Under the pieces are notes generated by a model, which saw only the letters and a list, made by a program, of their open reading frames with translations, ran no database searches and was not told the origin of the DNA. DNA of 64,000 nucleotides from Nemertoderma westbladi. Lineage: Eukaryota; Animalia; Xenacoelomorpha. Both the position numbers and the translations under genes were made by a program. Positions 61,245 through 64,000 of the stretch are shown here, piece after piece (position 1 is the stretch's first letter; each line of letters begins with the position of its first letter). The DNA lies in contig JAUCBJ010009040.1 in the NCBI GenBank assembly GCA_032718475.1, forward strand, positions 1-64,000, read 5' to 3'.

Positions 61245-63676
61245 AAATATAACATACTAAAAATTATAAATGAAAACTACTGGATACTGTTATAAAAGCA
61301 AAGAGCAATTCTTGAATTATTTTATAAATAGTATGTCGTGAATAAAATAGTTGTAGAATTATAAGTATTTAAACCGATTATTTTACACAAATTCAACAAA
61401 CTATCTATATAATTTTAATGTTGTTGTTCAAATATTTAAACAATTTCACAAGGGAGGTGGTGTCAGGAAACTTAAGAAAAACAAGCTGTACCTGCAACCA
61501 ATCAGTTTCAAACCACATTTGATTAAGTTAACTAACTATGATATTCGCATTATTCATAAATCAAAGAAACTTATTTATTACATGTGAAAAAAGTTATACT
61601 TTTTACCATGTAATACGTGGAACTACTGGACATAACATATTAAATGTATGGCGTAGGGACTTACTGAGAAATAATGTCGCACTGCGATGGAAAATATGTC
61701 GCCCTGGCGATTTGGTAGTGCGAAATTAATTTCACACAAATAAATAAAAAACCTTAAATTATTTTATTCGAATTTCAACAACTTTATCTCCGGATTGACT
61801 CCGAATTAATATGCCCGGAGCCGGAACCAGTATAATGGGCCGGAGCTCCGGAGCCGGAGCTGTGTTGCATCCCTAATTAACACAATACTATCCATAGACT
61901 ACTATTTTATTGAACGTTAATATTCTATAATATTCTTTATTATTCTATAAAGTTATTCTACAGATACTAATTTCTGTGTTATTGTGTATATTGTTTAGGT
62001 ATTTAGTATTTAGATTAAAATGCCCCATTATATTATGTAACATCAGCTGTTTTAAACGTGTTTGATAATTTATATATTTTATTCAATTATTACAAATAAA
62101 TGGTTAGATATTCCGGTAGTCTCTTTGGTTGTAGGAGGAATGTTACACCGACCAAACTTATTGCAGTACATATTCATTCGCTGGCTCTATTTTTATATAT
62201 TCGTATGTTTGTTATGAAATAATTGTACGATGTTAAAACAATGAAAAATACATTCAATATATACCATGTTTATTTTATTGATGTACTTTTTATCCTTAAG
62301 TGAATTAAGTTAATGTTAAAAATCGTAAACATGAAAAAAGATTAATGTAAAGTTTTGTGTTACAAACATTAACTGTCACTGTTAACTTTTAGTAAGTTCG
62401 ATTTGTGCTCTCCTAACCCACTAAGTTAGATTAATGTTCTAACTGCTATTGTTACACCAATTTGTGACAGAAACTCTTGTTTGTCACAAAATATTAAATG
62501 TTTTAAGTAATTAATTAATTTTGTCTCTAAGTTAAGGAAATTAATTTATATTCGCGAAATATATTATGACAATAATATTTAATGATTCGTTTTAAACTAA
62601 TGCTGAAATCTTTGTTGATACATTTACCTATGAATGTTATGACTTTTGGGTCGAGCCACTACATCTGTTAGCTTTGGCATACACCTTAGTATTGTCCGTC
62701 CTTCCATTTCTACTTCCGTTGTTTGAACGTTGTAACCTTGCGCTTCCAAGGTTAAGCTGTTCTCCATAGAAACCGATTTTATTTGTGGTTATAGCAATAA
62801 TAAATAATAATTATTATTATTTTATTTAATTCAGCCAGGAAGGTAGTATTATCTAAAATGAAATAAAAGTGTAATTATAGGTAAGGAAAAATAATTAATT
62901 AAAGTAAATTACACTTAGTATATCAGTAATACAGATTTTAAAAGTAGCCGAAGTGCTTAAATGGCACAGTTGTTATGTAATCTGTATTATTTTGGGACAC
63001 GTAATGTAAGGGCTCTGGGACGGGCACATATATTTTTTAACCTGTTACATAATAATATAATTTAATAACAAAACATATTAATTTCACAGTTTTTAATGGT
63101 TGCGGTTCATAATTCTATTATTTTGGCTAATAATTTTATAATTATTGTGGCCTCCCCAGCCCGGTTGCCCATTCTCAGCCAATTCTGGCTCAGCCACGGA
63201 GAATGGAGGTGAAACTGTCTCTGTTTCAAATATATCAATAATTTATGGCTGAGTTAGTTTTCGTGCTGTGGTCCCTTTCTGGCACCCATCAAAATTATTT
63301 TTCGTGCTAAAATTGTCATAATTATGTCTCGCTAGAATAAATTTATTTGTAGTATATAGCGGTTTTTTTGGATGCTGATCGCGATTATAGAACTCAAATA
63401 TAACATTCGAGAAAATTTCTGGTCATTTTGAATGTGCCCCTGGGGCACGAAAAAAACAAGTAGTGCAAATATGATAATAAAAAGTTTTACTAAATTAACC
63501 TGATTTTATGTCCTTATTGGTTTTTCCGTGTAGTTGACAAAATTTGATATAATTCACGTATCGTAGGACGTAGAGTAATATTAATTTCAATACGTGTCAC
63601 TAAAATTCGTGTCACTAAAATACGTGTCACTAAAATACGTGTCACTAAATTACGTGTCACTATACGTTTCACTAAT

Positions 63677-63707
<31 letters not shown>

Positions 63708-64000
63708 TAAATTAGCGCAACGTCTCAGAACAAAATGTATAATATGGTTGTTTATCCTACACTAAATGCAACTCCAATCAAATAATGTACCGCAATGGAG
63801 TAGCGAATGGCAACATCTATTACCTTGAGAGAATTATTGCTTGGCAACACGGAGGGGTAATCAATACACCGTTAATGCCAATCTAATTAACGGCCGACTT
63901 ATTCTCGGGTTGGTTGTATTAATATTAGCATGTTTGTGGCTTTGTTTATTTTTTTGTAATTATTTTCAAATTTTATCAAAATTATCGTTTTAACCGGTTT

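Larger units (their letters stand above)
18020..63709. mobile_element. Giant inverted-repeat-bounded region (putative foldback/TIR element or inverted segmental duplication)
   Basis: aatt|TACACCG(n)... at 18020 and ...C(n)GGTGTA|aatt at 63709. The reverse complement of 60636-63709 matches 18020-18906 + 21623-22849 + 38290-39226 once later insertions are removed. 14-bp subterminal repeats TTTTAGTGACACGTA at both ends. Confidence 0.6.

Overview
AT-rich, TE-dense eukaryotic DNA, most likely from an invertebrate animal. One host gene is supported: a 4-exon secreted coiled-coil + fibrinogen C-terminal (FReD) gene at 14971-16805 (+). Its promoter and first exon occur four times, in a ~2.27 kb tandem array. 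From 18020 to 63709 the window is bracketed by a ~3 kb inverted repeat with AATT flanks, a possible giant foldback/TIR element. Inside it are two convergent, unusually long Bel/Pao LTR retrotransposons (22850-38284 +, decayed gag-pol; 45978-58769 -, RT/RH and IN deleted in frame), a truncated LTR of the same family, and many MITEs and Helentron-type elements. The most interesting signal is that neither Bel/Pao copy has a tRNA-type PBS. Instead, the 11-12 nt right after the 5' LTR are perfectly complementary to a site ~400 nt inside the element's own LTR, with a compensatory base change between the two copies. This suggests Tf1-like self-primed reverse transcription in a Bel/Pao lineage. All alignments were done by eye and no database searches were run.
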